Positions 1 through 13,589 of a stretch of 64,000 nucleotides of DNA are shown here, piece after piece; the stretch's first letter is position 1, and each line of letters starts with the position of its first letter. The notes below the pieces were generated by a model. It was not told the origin of the DNA. It was given only the letters and a program-made list of their open reading frames with translations, and did not search any database. The stretch spans positions 1,178,001-1,242,000 of the forward strand of contig JAWMAR010000175.1 in NCBI GenBank assembly GCA_036785375.1, given 5' to 3'. Both the position numbers and the translations under genes were made by a program. The DNA is from Leucoraja ocellata. Taxonomy: Eukaryota.

Positions 1-145
1 AATTAAATATAGTCCGAGGGTCTCTATTGAGGTAGATGGAAGGTCAGGACCGCTCTCCAGTTGGTGGGAAGATGATTCAGTTGCCAGTTGGAAGAAACTG
101 TCCCTGAATCTGGAGGTGAGAGTTTGCACACTTCTGTACCTCTTG

Positions 146-985
146 CACGCACACACGCCACATGCACATACGCATATATGCACACTCTTGCACACGAACG
201 CACACGCACACACACACGCGCACACACACACACGCACACACGCACACACACACACACACGCACACACACACACACACCCATACGTGCACATNNNNNNNNN
301 NNNNNNNNNNNNNNNNNNNNNNNNNNNNNNNNNNNNNNNNNNNNNNNNNNNNNNNNNNNNNNNNNNNNNNNNNNNNNNNNNNNNNNNNNNNNNNNNNNNN
401 NNNNNNNNNNNNNNNNNNNNNNNNNNNNNNNNNNNNNNNNNNNNNNNNNNNNNNNNNNNNNNNNNNNNNNNNNNNNNNNNNNNNNNNNNNNNNNNNNNNN
501 NNNNNNNNNNNNNNNNNNNNNNNNNNNNNNNNNNNNNNNCGTGCACACACCCTTGCACACGAACGCACACACACACACGCGCGCGCACACACGCACACAC
601 ACACACACGCACACACACACACACCCATACGTGCACATACTCTTGCACACGAANNNNNNNNNNNNNNNNNNNNNNNNNNNNNNNNNNNNNNNNNNNNNNN
701 NNNNNNNNNNNNNNNNNNNNNNNNNNNNNNNNNNNNNNNNNNNNNNNNNNNNNNNNNNNNNNNNNNNNNNNNNNNNNNNNNNNNNNNNNNNNNNNNNNNN
801 NNNNNNNNNNNNNNNNNNNNNNNNNNNNNNNNNNNNNNNNNNNNNNNNNNNNNNNNNNNNNNNNNNNNNNNNNNNNNNNNNNNNNNNNNNNNNNNNNNNN
901 NNNNNNNNNNNNNNNNNNNNNNNNNNNNNNNNNNNNNNNNNNNNNNNNNNNNNCTTGAACACATACACGTGCGCACACACACACA
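146..985. repeat. (CA)n/(CACG)-type microsatellite spanning two assembly gaps
   Basis: Direct: CA/CG dinucleotide runs flanking N blocks at 292-539 and 654-953. The long ORFs here are artefacts. Confidence 0.95.
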
Positions 986-1261
986 GACCAGGATCTCTTG
1001 CCTATTGCCTCCCTCTGTGCTTCTTGCCTCCATCCCCCTCCCATCACACTCCCAGATACACTCCACCTCTATCTCCAGCTCCACGCCCATCTGTCCCACC
1101 TGTCCCATCTGCCCTACCAGTCCCACCTGTCCACCAGTCTACCTGCCCCACCTCCACCTGCACCTGACCATCTCCACCTGTCCAGGTGATAGTGTGGTCA
1201 CCTGTGGACATAGATCCCTCCCTTCTCTCCACACTTAGACAATCCCTGGACATCCACAGAC

Positions 1262-1850
1262 CATGGAACAGTACAGCAAAGGAACAGGCCCTTCAGCCCA
1301 CCACGTCTGTACTGACCATAATGTCTGTCTAATTAATCCCATCTGCCTGCATGTGATACAAACACCTCCATTCCCTGCATATCCATGTCGATTTAAAACC
1401 TCTCAAACGCCACTACGTGTGTGCCTCCAGCACCACCCCCTCTGTGTTCCAGGCACTCACCACCCTCTGTGTATCATAAACTTGCCCTGAAACCCATCCC
1501 TCTCACCTTCAAGCTGATCCCTCTAGTATTTGACGTTTGCCCCCTTGGAAACAGACTCTGGCTGTCTACCTATCAACACCTCTCAGAATGTTATAAACTA
1601 CCATCAGGTGGTCCCTCTGTGTCTGACACCCCAGAGATAACAATCCACGTTTGTCCATACATGGTCTTGTTCACCTCAATACGATCACCTACGCTCCAAA
1701 GAACAGCAGTCCCAGACAGTCCAACCTCCCCCTTTACTCAACCTCGCAAACCCACGTAACGTCCTGGTTAATCTCTTCTGCTTAAAGATATCGTTCCTTT
1801 TGCAGAGTGACCAGAACTGCGCACAGTACTACACGTGTGGTCTCACCAAT
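1262..1850 (-). mobile_element. Degenerate CR1-type LINE 3' fragment, interrupted by a Rex1 element and resuming at about 3733
   Basis: Contains CR1 3'-region motifs (ggcccttcagccc, gaccagaactgcgcacagtac) shared with other copies in the window. Confidence 0.65.
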
Positions 1851-1851
1851 G

Positions 1852-3732
1852 TACAGCTGCATTGATGATGTAACGGTGGTCAAAACCGTCAGGAGGCGTG
1901 CCAATCAGAAACCTTGGCTAACTGGGGAAGTGTGTTCCCTACTGAGAATCCGAAATGCTACATTCAAATCTGGGGACAACGCAGCATACAAACTGGCAAG
2001 GAGTAACCTATCCCGGGGGATCAGGGAAGCGAAGAGGCTGTATGGACAAAAACTTAATAGCCACTTCAAAAATGACAAAGACACACGTCGCTTGTGGCAG
2101 GGATTTCGTACCATCACTGACTACAAGCCCCCCCCCCCACTGCGGATATGCCAAAACGACCCCTCTCTACCAGATGAACTGAACGAGTTCTACGCGCGGT
2201 TTGAGGTTAAAAACAGCACCCAGACACGTGCACTACTGCCATCTCCCAGTGACCAGTCGCTCAGGCTGTCCGCAGCCGGAGTTAAAAAGGCCTTTGCCAG
2301 CATCAATCCACGCAAAGCTGCAGGGCCGGACAACATTCCTGGATGCGTTTTAAGAGACTGCGCCGAGCAACTGAAAGATGTCTTCACAGACATTTTTAAC
2401 ATCTCACTCAGCCAGGCAGTAGTGCCCAACTGTCTTAAGAGTGCCACCATCGTCCCTGTCCCGAAGAAACCAAACCCAGCCTGCCATAATGACTTTCGAC
2501 CAGTGGCTCTAACACCCATTGTAATGAAGTGTTTTGAGCGACTGGTTATGCAGCACATCAAAAATAGTCTACCTGCCGACCTAGACCCACTGCAGTTCGC
2601 CTACAGAGCCAACCGATCCACAGAGGACGCAGTCTCAACAACACTGAACCTCGTACTGTCACATCTCGATCGGAAAAATACTTATGCCAGGATCCTGTTC
2701 ATAGACTTCAGCTCTGCGTTTAACACAATCATTCCGCAGCAGCTGGTGGAGAAATTGGAGCTATTGGGGGTTGATGCTGGCACATGTAACTGGGTCCTGA
2801 ACTTTCTATCACAACGGCAGCAGACAGTCAGGGTGGGCAGTAGGACATCAAAAACCATAGCCGTGAGCACTGGCTCACCCCAAGGCTGTGTCCTAAGCCC
2901 CCTGCTGTTTAGTCTGCTGACACACGACTGTACTGCTAGACTCAATAACAACTTCATCAACAAGTTCGCTGATGACACAACAGTGGTGGGTCTCATCAGT
3001 GACAATGATGAGTCGGCGTACAGGATGGAGGTGGAGCTGCTCACAGGTTGGTGCAAATCCCACAACCTCATTCTCAACGTGGGAAAAACTAAGGAGATGG
3101 TGGTTGACTTCAGGAGGGCGGGGAAACAACACCATACACCTCTGCACATCGATGGAGCTGATGTGGAAAGGGTCAGCAGCGTGAAGTTCCTAGGACTACA
3201 CCTGTCAGATGACCTGACGTCCACGGCCAACACCACAGCACTGGTCAAGAGAGCCCAGCAGCGACTACACCCTCTCCGAAGACTACGTAAAGCAGGTCTC
3301 CCACTACACATCTACGAACTTTCTATAGGGGGACAGTCAAGAGCACATTGACCTACGGCATCACTTCCTGGTTCGGGAGCTGCAAGGCGTACGAACGGCA
3401 CCAACTAGACAGGATTGTGAAGACCGCCAGCAGGATTATTGGTGCTCCACTCCCTTTCTTGCTGGACATATACAGGAAGAGATGTATCAACAGAGCCATC
3501 TCCATCATCAAAGACCCCTACCACCCATCGCATCACATATTCTCCATCCTGCCATCTGGAGTGTTTAATTTAATTTGTTCATGATATATGTATTTTTATT
3601 TCTATTTACTTGTTGTTATTTGCACTGCACACTGAACGGACACTGGTTGAGCAACGTTTTTTTGTTTCCTCTGGGTATGTGAGTACTCAGGAAATGACAA
3701 TAAAGATATACTGATACTGATACTGATACTGA
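1852..3732 (+). mobile_element. 5'-truncated Rex1/Babar-clade LINE with a nearly intact reverse transcriptase
   Basis: ORF 1807-3351 has [57 protein letters not shown] and KFADD. It continues after one frameshift (3348-3560, YGITSW...PYHPSH) and ends in an (ATACTG)n tail at about 3707-3732. Confidence 0.9.
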
Positions 3733-3859
3733 TGATGTCTGAATGCTGGCACTCAGCACCATTGCCAATGGAGGCAAGTTTGCCAGACGCCTCCTTCACC
3801 ACCCTGTCCACCGGACTCAACACTTTCAGGGAACCATCCTCCTATAGGTCGTAAGTCAT

Positions 3860-4275
3860 AAATGATAGGAGCAGAATTAGGCCATTCAGCCCATCAAGTA
3901 TATTCTGCCTTTCAATCATGGCTGATCTATCTCTCCCTCATAACCCCATTCTCCTGCCTTCTCCCCACAACCCCTAACATCCATACTAATCAAGAATCTA
4001 TCTATCTGTGCCTTAAAAATATCCACTGACCTAGCCTCCACAGCCTTCTGTGGCGATTAATTCCACAGATTCACCACCCTCTGACAAAAGGAATTCCTTC
4101 TCATCCATTTCCAAAAGGAACGTCCTTTAATTCTGAGGCTACGACCTCCAGTTCTAGACTCTCCCACTAGTGGAAACATCCTCTCCACATCCACTCTATC
4201 CAAGCCTTTCACTATTCTGTACGTTTTAATGAGGTCCCACCTCATTCATCAAAACTCCAGTGAGTGCAGGCCCAG
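3860..4275 (-). mobile_element. CR1 LINE 3' fragment
   Basis: ORF 4057-4245 DLIKTYRIVKGLDRVD...FCQRVVNLWN is the typical CR1 ORF2 C-terminus. Confidence 0.85.
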
Positions 4276-4465
4276 AACACATCATATGTCCACCCAGATC
4301 TCTCTGTTCCAAACTCCCCAGGGCTCTACATTCGCTGCTGTAGATCCTCTGATGTTTGGTGTCCCAGTGATCACAAAATGTTGCCTCCACCAACGTGTAC
4401 ATGAGGTCCCTCCATGCTGAAGCTTTATAAGCTGCTACCCAAAGAAACTGGTTGGAAGCCACAAT

Positions 4466-4723
4466 TCAATGGCCATTGGTCCATCAATGGTCAATGAATG
4501 TTCAATGGTCAATGAATGGCCATTGGTCCATCAATGGTCAATTGTCATTGGTCCATCAATGATCAATGGTCAATCAATGGTCAATGGCCATTGGTCCATC
4601 AATGATCAATGGTCAATCAATGGTCAATGGCCATTGGTCCATCAATGGTCAATTGTCATTGGTCCATCAATGATCAATGGTCAATCAATGGTCAATGGCC
4701 ATTGGTCCATCAATGACCAATGG
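4466..4723. repeat. Compound CAATGGT/CCATTGGT minisatellite with a ~111-bp higher-order period
   Basis: Direct: repeated tcaatgg/ggccattggtcca units; the overlying ORF repeats a 37-aa block. Confidence 0.9.
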
Positions 4724-4774
4724 TTTCTTTATTGTTACGTGTACCAGGTTCAGTGACATTTTTTTTTTTGCATA

Positions 4775-5548
4775 CAGGGAAATGTGAGGTGTTGCATTTT
4801 AGGAAGTCTAACATGGGCTGGACCGACACAGTGAATGGTAGGGCTCTGTGGAGTGTTGTAGAGCAGGGAGATCTACGAGTACAGGTGCATGGTTCCTTGA
4901 AGGTGGAGTGGCAGGTAGATAGGGTGGTCAAAATGGCAATTGGCACATTGGCCTTCATCAGTCATCAGTGTTGAGTATAGAAGTTGGGAGGTCATGTTGC
5001 AGTTGCATAAGACATTGGTGAGACCGCATTTAGAGTATTGTGTTCAGTTCTGGGCACCATGTTACAGGAAAGATGTTGTCAAGCTGGAAAGGGCACAGAG
5101 AAGATTTACAAGGATGTTGCCAGGACTAGAGGGTGTGAGCTATAGGGAGAGGTTGAGTAGGCTGGGACTCTATTCCTTGAAGTGCAGGAGGACGAGGGGC
5201 GATCTTATAATGGTGTATAAAATCATGAGAGGAATAGATCAGGTAGATAAACAAAGTCTAGGATAAGAGGAAATAGGTTTAAGGTGAAGGGGAAAAGATT
5301 TAATAGGAATCTGAGGGATCATTTTTTCACACAAAGAGTGGTGGGTGTATGGAACAAGCTGCCAGAGGAGATAGTTGAGGTAGGGACTATCCTACCATTT
5401 AAGAAATAGTTGGACAGGTACATGGATAGGAGGGATATGGGCCAAACACAGGCTGGTGGGACTAGTATAGCTGGGACATGTTGGCCGGTGTGGGCAAGTT
5501 GGGTCGAGGGGCCTGTATCTACTCTGTATCACTCTATGTCTCTATGAC
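4775..5548 (+). mobile_element. CR1 LINE 3' fragment
   Basis: KCEVLHF, LVRPHLEYCVQFWAP and RGDLI motifs, followed by a CR1 3' UTR. Confidence 0.9.
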
Positions 5549-6429
5549 TAAGAGGGAGTGGCCAGGGTGTCTTATCTTTGATTATGTTGCTGGCCTTGGT
5601 GAAGCAGCATGATGTATAAATGTAGTTAATAGAAGGGAGGTTGGTTTGTGTGATGGTCTGGGCTACGTCCACCATTCACGCTTCTCCTGAATGCTTTTTG
5701 CAAAAGCAGAAGGCCATTCAAGATAGATACAAAGTGCTGGAGTAACTCAGCGGGTCAGGCAGCATCTCTGGAGAACATGGATAGGTGACCTTCCATCCCT
5801 CTCTTCATGACCCATCTCCTCTTCAGGTCATTCAGGAGATCATTCCTGTCTTGGCAATGACTTCACTCTCTCAGTGAAGAACGGGTCTCCTGTAGGTTCC
5901 ACACAAACCATGTGTTCTGGCAATGAAGCGATGTGCAGCAGGAATGTTGTGTTGCTGGAGTGTTGAAAGATACTGGAGAAAGTAGAGTGTGTGATTGCAA
6001 CATTAACATTGTTCCAGAGACTCTGTGCTGAGAATGAAGGTTCCATTATGGACCATGGAGCCTGTGGGGAACCCATGGTGGGTTCATGGGTTGAGATGCC
6101 AGTTCAGCCTGCGGTTAATGCAGGATTGCTTCTTCTCACTGGAGTTGAAGCGAGCTGCAGGAATACAGCTGGGAGAACCATCAAGGGGTGGATTGGCACT
6201 TCACTTATCTGCTGGCACCCATCATGTGTGCAACACATTTGTGGAGAGTGCTGGACATAAAGCCCTCTACTAACAGTGGCTGGCTGATGAGTTAACACTT
6301 CCTTGCTGAGGATTTTCAGTAGTGCTCAAGGGCACACTCAACCTTTGCTGATCATACGATAATGGACAATTGAAGAGGACTTTAGAAACACACAGGGGAA
6401 AGTTTCTGGGACTTTATCAACATGGGTTT

Positions 6430-7053
6430 TAGTGGTAAAGCTACTGCCTTACAGCGGCAGAGACCTGGGTTCCATCCTGACTATGGGTACTTGATTAGTT
6501 TAGTTTAGTTTAGAGATACAGCGCGGAAACAGGCCCTTCGGCCCACCGAGTCCGTGCCGACCAGCGATCCCCGCACATTAACACTATCCTACACACACTA
6601 GGGACAATTTACAATTATACCAAGCCAATTAACCTACAAACCTGTACGTCTTTGGAGTGTTGGAGGAAACCAAAGATCTTGGAGGAAGCCCATGCAGGTC
6701 ACGGGGAGAACGTACAAACTCCGTGCAGACGGCACCCGTTGTCGGGATCGAACCCGGGTCTCTGGAGCTGTAAGCGATGTAATGCAGCAACTCTACCGCT
6801 GCGCCACCGTGCTGCCCAATGTCTATATGGAGTTTGTACGTTCTCCACGTGACCTGCGTGGGTTTTCCACGGGTGCTCCAGTTTCATATCACATTCCAAA
6901 AACCTACATGTTAGAAGGTTAATTGGCTTCAGTAAAATTGTAAATTGTTCCTACTGTGTGTAGGGTAGTGTTAATGTGCAGGGATCGCTGGTCGGCGCGG
7001 ACTCGATAGGCTGTCGGGCCTGTTTCCGCCCTGTATCTCGAAACTAAACTAAA
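6430..7053. mobile_element. Nested tRNA-derived HE1-type SINEs (a - strand copy inside a + strand copy)
   Basis: tRNA-like head (gtggtaaagctactgccttacagc...ctgggttccatcctg), core tttgtacgttctcc and (AAACT)n tails in both orientations. Confidence 0.8.
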
Positions 7054-9329
7054 AAATCAGCAAGTTTTGCAGACAGAGATCACTCATGAACATTTTAAAT
7101 ATATTCTCACACAGTAGTTATCCATCTGACCTACTTTCCACAATCTCAAAATCTACCCAGGGAAGCTTCCTGCAACACATCATGCAAACAGCTCAGGATT
7201 TCAGACACAACAAAGGCATGATTTAATCTGCTGCCAACCACTAACCCCTTCCCATTCCCATTCCCATACTTACCTTTCTGTCGAGGGCATCCACCGTTGC
7301 TAGAGTGAGATCACATGCAAACTGGACTCATATTTCGCTTGGGCAGCTACCAACCCAGTGGTATGAAGATTGAAACTGAGATATCTGCAATCGTCCGAGT
7401 GAAATCCTGGAGGAAGGAAGTCTGTGGTGTCACAAGTGCACAGGCTTCACTGCCTCCCTCCCACCCACACACTCTCAAAGCAAAACCCTGCCTTCGCACA
7501 TGTATGCGTTTATGCAACTTGCAAACTCGCTTCAGAACCAGACCTTCAGCGAGATTGAAGGAATCTTCAGAAGAACGAGCAGTTGCACACGAGAGTGTGG
7601 CTGACATACTTGTCTGCCCGAGCATCGATGCAACGACTGGTCCTGGAGTTTCCACTCGTAGGTAAGAGGAGTTTATATCTTCAATCACCTCTTGTCCTCA
7701 TCCACATGAGAGACGTAACAATGGGGAAGCTAATAAGAGCACAAGTGATGGAGCTCACACCAGAGTAAATGAGAGATCTTCAAACAAGTCGTATCTACCT
7801 ATGATGGACATATTTGGAACCGGGTCTTGAGGTTTCTGACAGTGTGGAGAAGGGGCTATTTTTTATATAGGTTACGCATTATTTATTATTTAGTAGACCC
7901 ATGTATCATAATGTCATTGATGTGAAATTTAAATATTCTACACAATTCGAACACGTTCAGACTGTACATATTGGGCAATGTTTAACACAAATTTCAATGT
8001 AAAAAATTTGTTAACAGATGTCTGTCTGGTGGGTGCTTTTATGTTTCACCTCATCCTTTACTTTCTCAATCATTCCATGTTTCTGTTTCATTAGACATTT
8101 CCTGGCACTAGCATGAGGCCATGGAGAGGGCGCTCGGGGTATAGATGGCAGAGGGACAAAGCGGTGTAGATGTGGAGAGGGACCTCTGTGTAAGTTGACA
8201 GCTCCTGCCAATGGCGAGGGTTGGATGCGGCAGTGAATGTGATGAGCTGGATGTCTTCAGGGCAGGCTGTGGAGTTTAGGAGTCGGGACCTAATGTTGCA
8301 GCTGTACAAGGCGCAGGTGAGGCCACACTGAGCCACCCTAGGCTCAGTTAAAGAGAACACAGGGGCCATATGCCCCTCATGATAGATTTTTTGTAATATG
8401 GTAAATTTCAGGGCCATTTTGTGCCTATATAGAAACATAGAAACATAGAAAATAGGTGCAGGAGTAGGCCATCCGGCCCTTCGAGCCTGCACCGCCATTC
8501 AATATGATCATCCAACTCAGTATCCTGTACCTACTTTCTTTAGCCACAAGGGCCACATCTAACTCCCTCTTAAATATAGCACTGGGTATGATGGTTACAG
8601 ACACATTGTATCAGTTTGTAGGCCCCCTTCAGTCATGACTGACCGTGGGTGATGCATCCTAGTTGTTGCCAGCTTGCTCCAAACCTTGGCTGGAGCAGCG
8701 TTGCTTATGGTTGAAGAGACCAACTGTTGAAGTTGCTGCATTCCTTTCAGCCCGGCCTGCTTGTCTGCTGCTGTGTTCAACAGTTTCTCTTCCCTGTTTT
8801 GAGATGTCGGATCATTTTTCTCTTCCCCGTTTTGAGATGTCAGCGAATACGCCCATCCTCCATGCGGTGGACAGGGCCCAGCCACCGGAGTCTCCGCTGC
8901 CTGAGTAGAGTGTACATACTGGGAAGACCAGCACGAGACAGGATCTCGGCGTTGGATACTCTGTCTTGCCAGGATACTAATCAGTAACTCAGTCAAATAA
9001 AGATAGGTATAACAAATATATATTTTGGTAAATTAAAAAAATAATCAGATTTTTCATAAATTTATTGAGAATAATAATAATGTATAGTTTACAACTTTGC
9101 ATATCTTGTTACATGTCCTATATACATACAATGATCCATCAATAATAATAAGTGTACAGTTTACAAATATTGCTATATGTAGTACGATGATCGGCCAATA
9201 TATAAATGTAAGTACAATCTACATTTCTGATATTTCTACACATTTATTAATGAACAAATGCAACAATTTACATTACAGTCCAGTTTACATTACAAAATGT
9301 TCCATAATAGTATACGATCTCCATTTTTT

Positions 9330-9730
9330 TGGTCACCTCTTTCTTTCTGCATGCTGTTTCTTCAGCACGCCTTCTGCCACTATGAAGCCATGTCCTCACA
9401 TATTCTTCGGGGTTGAATTTTGACAGAGGAGGTCCCACCAACTTCATAAATAGAGGAGTTGAGAGATGATCAGTTTGAAGTCTTGCACGTTGCGGTGACA
9501 TGCAGACATTCATGCTTTTGTCTTTCACATTCTGCTGTTGATACCGGAATTGTATTTGCAGCCTTTAGATTCCGTGAAATCTCTGAAGGCTCTGATACAA
9601 AGCCGACCATTTAAGACAAATCGTTCTGCCATTTCTTCTACATCATTATCTCCTAAGGTAAAATGTGAATCTCTGGAATATTGTTAATATCTAAATATTT
9701 CGACTGGTTCATTAACTTTTTATATTTATC
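9330..9730 (-). mobile_element. hAT transposase C-terminal dimerisation-domain remnant (frameshifted)
   Basis: The minus strand reads ANTIPVSTAECER, then in another frame MN..SPQRARL..DHLS..LFMKLVGPPLSKFNPEEYVRTWL. This resembles the hAT PxSxAxCERxFS...RxxL motif. Confidence 0.7.
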
Positions 9731-10454
9731 ATTGGAAGCTGTTGTAGATTCAAGCAGCCTGAATGCTCTATAGAGATGTGTACAATTCCTATATTCCCAG
9801 AGCCATCCTCAGCCTTGGTTGTGAAGTTACACTGTGGTCCCATGCAAAGACCATCTCCTCTGTCGGAGCTGGAACCCTGGAATTAGTTAACACTGGTTGA
9901 GTTTAGAGTGTGATCCCACCTGACACGCTCATTGGGAAATGGACAATACCTACTATTCAAGTGTGTACACACTCTCGCGTACAGTGTGGTCACCATCGTC
10001 AATGAGCAGGTCCAGCAGACCCTGGTAGGAGCCTCACCTGCATCGCCATTCTGGACCTGGCAACTTGTGAACTCTCACCTGGACCTTCCAGCAGGGCCCA
10101 GGAGATGGGAAGTCACGGCCCTTGTCTGGGTCAGGACTAATGTGCTCACTACCTGGTAGACTGCTCCATCCATGCCCACGGTCATGTCACCCCAACTATA
10201 AACGTGATAACCTGCATTTAGTGTATACACAATGGGCAACAAGTGGTTATACGCAATGTTTAATCCATAATGTCCATGTATTAGAGCTTTGTGTGTGTAT
10301 TATACTGCAAACATCGTCAACAATATCATCTTGTTCTGGCTTCAGTTACCGCATGAAATATTATAAAGATATTTCTGCATTGTGTCCTTGTACCAACCGC
10401 TACGTTCTACCAGCGCACGTAATGTGCAGTCACTCAGCCAGCATGGGCCGGGCT

Positions 10455-11529
10455 GGGCCGGCCTTAGGAGGTGCGGGGCACAATTGGGAACTATTTTGGT
10501 GAGCCCCAGGTTCCCAGCCAAGGTCTGTAGATTCATAGAAATATAAATAAAGTCTATTATAGACGTTATATCTCTATGGTAGAATGGAAAGTCATCAAAA
10601 TGTGCGCTTAAAAAGTGCCTGCGACTTAATGGACCAAACAGATCTAAGCTGCATTTTAATATATAATTGCATACATGTAAGCTTACAAATAACAAACAAA
10701 ATGTATAGATCGCCTCTGAAAAGTACATAGTTACAATACCTCGTGTTTTAATTACTGTAAAATGAAAAAAAAGAAGTAATTTAATTAAATAGATCCTGGA
10801 AAACCAATAACCATTGGTGAAAAACCATTACATTTTGGGTTTCAGCCCCATCCTACCCTTTGGGCTTCTACCCCATCCTAACGTAGTTGTGTGTGTTAGT
10901 TGTCTGTGCGTTATGTGTGTGTGTTAGTTGTCTGTGCTTTGTGTGTGTGGGAGGGAAGGAGAGAAGGGAGGGAGGGAAGGAGAGAAGGGAGGGAGGAAAG
11001 AAGAGAAATAAAGAAGGGATGGAGCAAATGAGAGAAGGGAAAAGAGAGAGGAAGGAGGGAGGGAAAGAGAGAAGAGAGGGAGGGAAGGAGAGAAGGAGAG
11101 AAAGGAGGGAGAGAGCCGGCGGCAGGAGCGGATGCCGGGGTCCAGGCAGACGGGTGTGAGCTGAGGACGAGGTTTGTAAACGTTGCTCCAACCCCCCCAG
11201 CCCGGCCCTCCTTGTATTGTTCACCGCGTCTCCCCGGGGAGAGAGATGGGTGGAGCCGGGGCTGTGTGCGTGAAGCACGGCGACTGGAGGGGTGGGGGCG
11301 CTGCCGTGAGCGAATGACCCACCTCCCCCGCTCCCCGTTCTCCATTCCCCCTCACACTTCCCTCCCCTTTCTTCCCCCTCCACCCCTCTACGCGCTCTCT
11401 GCCCCTCTCTCCCCCCTCCACCCGGGGTAGATCTACCCGAGTCGACAGTAGATTAATCTGGTGCGGGGCCCCCTTACTCGCGGGGCCCAATTGGGTGCAA
11501 TCGGTCCAATCGGCTTAAGGCCGGCCCTG
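10455..11529. mobile_element. Non-autonomous DNA element with hAT-like GGGCCGGCCTTA terminal inverted repeats and an internal GA-rich repeat
   Basis: Left end gggccggccttagg..ggggcacaattggg; right end ggggcccaattggg..cttaaggccggccctg. No target-site duplication was confirmed. Confidence 0.55.
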
Positions 11530-12569
11530 AGTGTGGAGATCAGTGTGGAGATAACTCCAACACACATCCTGTGTGGACAGGAAGCTGGTCAGTGGCCACG
11601 CTTGCGTTATCTGGACATCAGTGATCTGGCCTAATTTTGAGGGAACAGCTGGAACATACAACATACAACATAGATCATACAACATAGAACATACAACAGT
11701 ACAAGTACAGGCCTTTAAAATGCCTCTAACATATCTTTCTCAACCACAGCCCCCCAGCCGTCAGTTCCAGACACCCTGTGTGAAAAACCTGCCTCACAAA
11801 TATCCTTTAAACTTTTCCCCTTTCACTTTAAAGCCTCGCCCACTAATATTTGATTTTTCAATGCTGGGAAAAAAGGTTCTGACTGTCTACCCGAACTCTG
11901 CCTCTCATAATGTTCTAGACTTGTATCAGGGCTCCTCGAAACCTCCGGGCAATCCAGAGAAAACAATTCACCAGAGCGACCTCTCCCTGTAGCTAATCCC
12001 AACCAATGCAGGCGTTATTCTGGTCAACATTCTATACATTCTCTCCAAACCTCCACATCCCTCCTGTAATGGGGCGACCAGAACTGCACGTAATACTCCA
12101 AATGTGGCCGAACTAAAGTCCTATAGAGCTGTAAACAACTTCCTGCCATGTACCATCATGTGCTCTTTACTTTCTCACTGGTGAAATAGTCATAGAGTCA
12201 CACATCACAGACACAGGCCCTTCGGCACAACATGCCCATGCTGGCCATGGTGCCCCATCCACACTAGTCCCACCTGCTTGCGTTAGATTCATATCATCGT
12301 CGTACAGTGATACAGCATGGAAACAGGCCCTTCGGCCCACAACAACCCACATGTCCCAGCTATACTAGTCCCACCTGCCCATGTTTGATCCATATCCCTC
12401 CAAACCTGTCCTATCCATGTACCTGTCTAACTGTTTCTTAAACATTGGGATAGTCCCTGCCTCAACTACCTCCTCTGGCAGCTTGTGCCATGCACCCACC
12501 ACCCTTTGTGTGAAAAGTTTACCTCTCAGATTCCTCTTAAATCTTTTCCCCTTCACCTTAAACCTATAT

Positions 12570-13548
12570 CATAGAAACATAGAAACATAGAAATTAGGTG
12601 CAGGAGTAGGCCATTCGGCCCTTCGAGCCTGCACCGCCATTCAATATGATCATGGCTGATCATCCAACTCAGTATCCCGTACCTGCCTTCTCTCCATACC
12701 CTCTGATCCCCTTGGCCACAAGGGCCACATCTAACTCCCTCTTAAATATAGCCAATGAACTGGCCTCAACTACCCTCTGTGGCAGAGAGTTCCAGAGATT
12801 CACCACTCTCTGTGTGAAAAAAGTTCTCCTCATCTCGGTTCTAAAGGATTTCCCCCTTATCCTTAAGCTGTGACCCCTTGCCCTGGACTTCCCCAACATC
12901 GGGAACAATCTTCCTGCATCTAGCCTGTCCAACCCCTTAAGAATTTTGTAAGTTTCTATAAGATCCCCTCTCAATCTCCTAAATTCTAGAGAGTATAAAC
13001 CAAGTCTATCCAGTCTTTCTTCATAAGACAGTCCTGACATCCCAGGAATCAGTCTGGTGAACCTTCTCTGCACTCCCTCTATGGCAATAATGTCCTTCCT
13101 CAGATTTGGAGACCAAAACTGCACGCAATACTCCAGGTGTGGTCTCACCAAGACCCTGTACAACTGCAGTAGAACCTTACTGCTCCTATACTCAAATCCT
13201 CTTGCTATGAAAGCCAACATACCATTTGCTTTCTTTACTGCCTGCTGCACCTGCATGCCTACCTTCAATGACTGGTGTACCATGACACCCAGGTCTCGCT
13301 GTATCTCCCCCTTTCCCAATCAGCCACCATTTAGATAATAATCTGCTTTCCCGTTTTTGCCACCAAAATGGATAACCTCACATTTATCCACATTATACTG
13401 CATCTGCCAAACATTTGCCCACTCACCCAGCCTATCCAAGTCACCTTGCAGTCTCCTAGCATCCTCCTCACACCTAACACTGCCCCCCAGCTTAGTGTCA
13501 TCCGCGAACTTGGAGATATTGCCTTCAATTCCCTCATCCAGATCATTA
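12570..13548 (-). mobile_element. Young CR1 LINE 3' portion
   Basis: The 216-aa ORF 12669-13319 is uninterrupted (VKKANGMLAFI...RPHLEYCVQFWSP...VVNLWNSLP), with an (ATAGAAAC)n tail. It is near-identical to copies at 38180 and 43070. Confidence 0.95.
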
Positions 13549-13589
13549 ATATCCTCTGATCATCGATCCACCTACTCTGGGCAAGAGAC

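Noticed and set aside
24-1238. Long His/Thr- or Cys/Val-rich ORFs
   Set aside because: They come from (CA)n repeats and N gaps.
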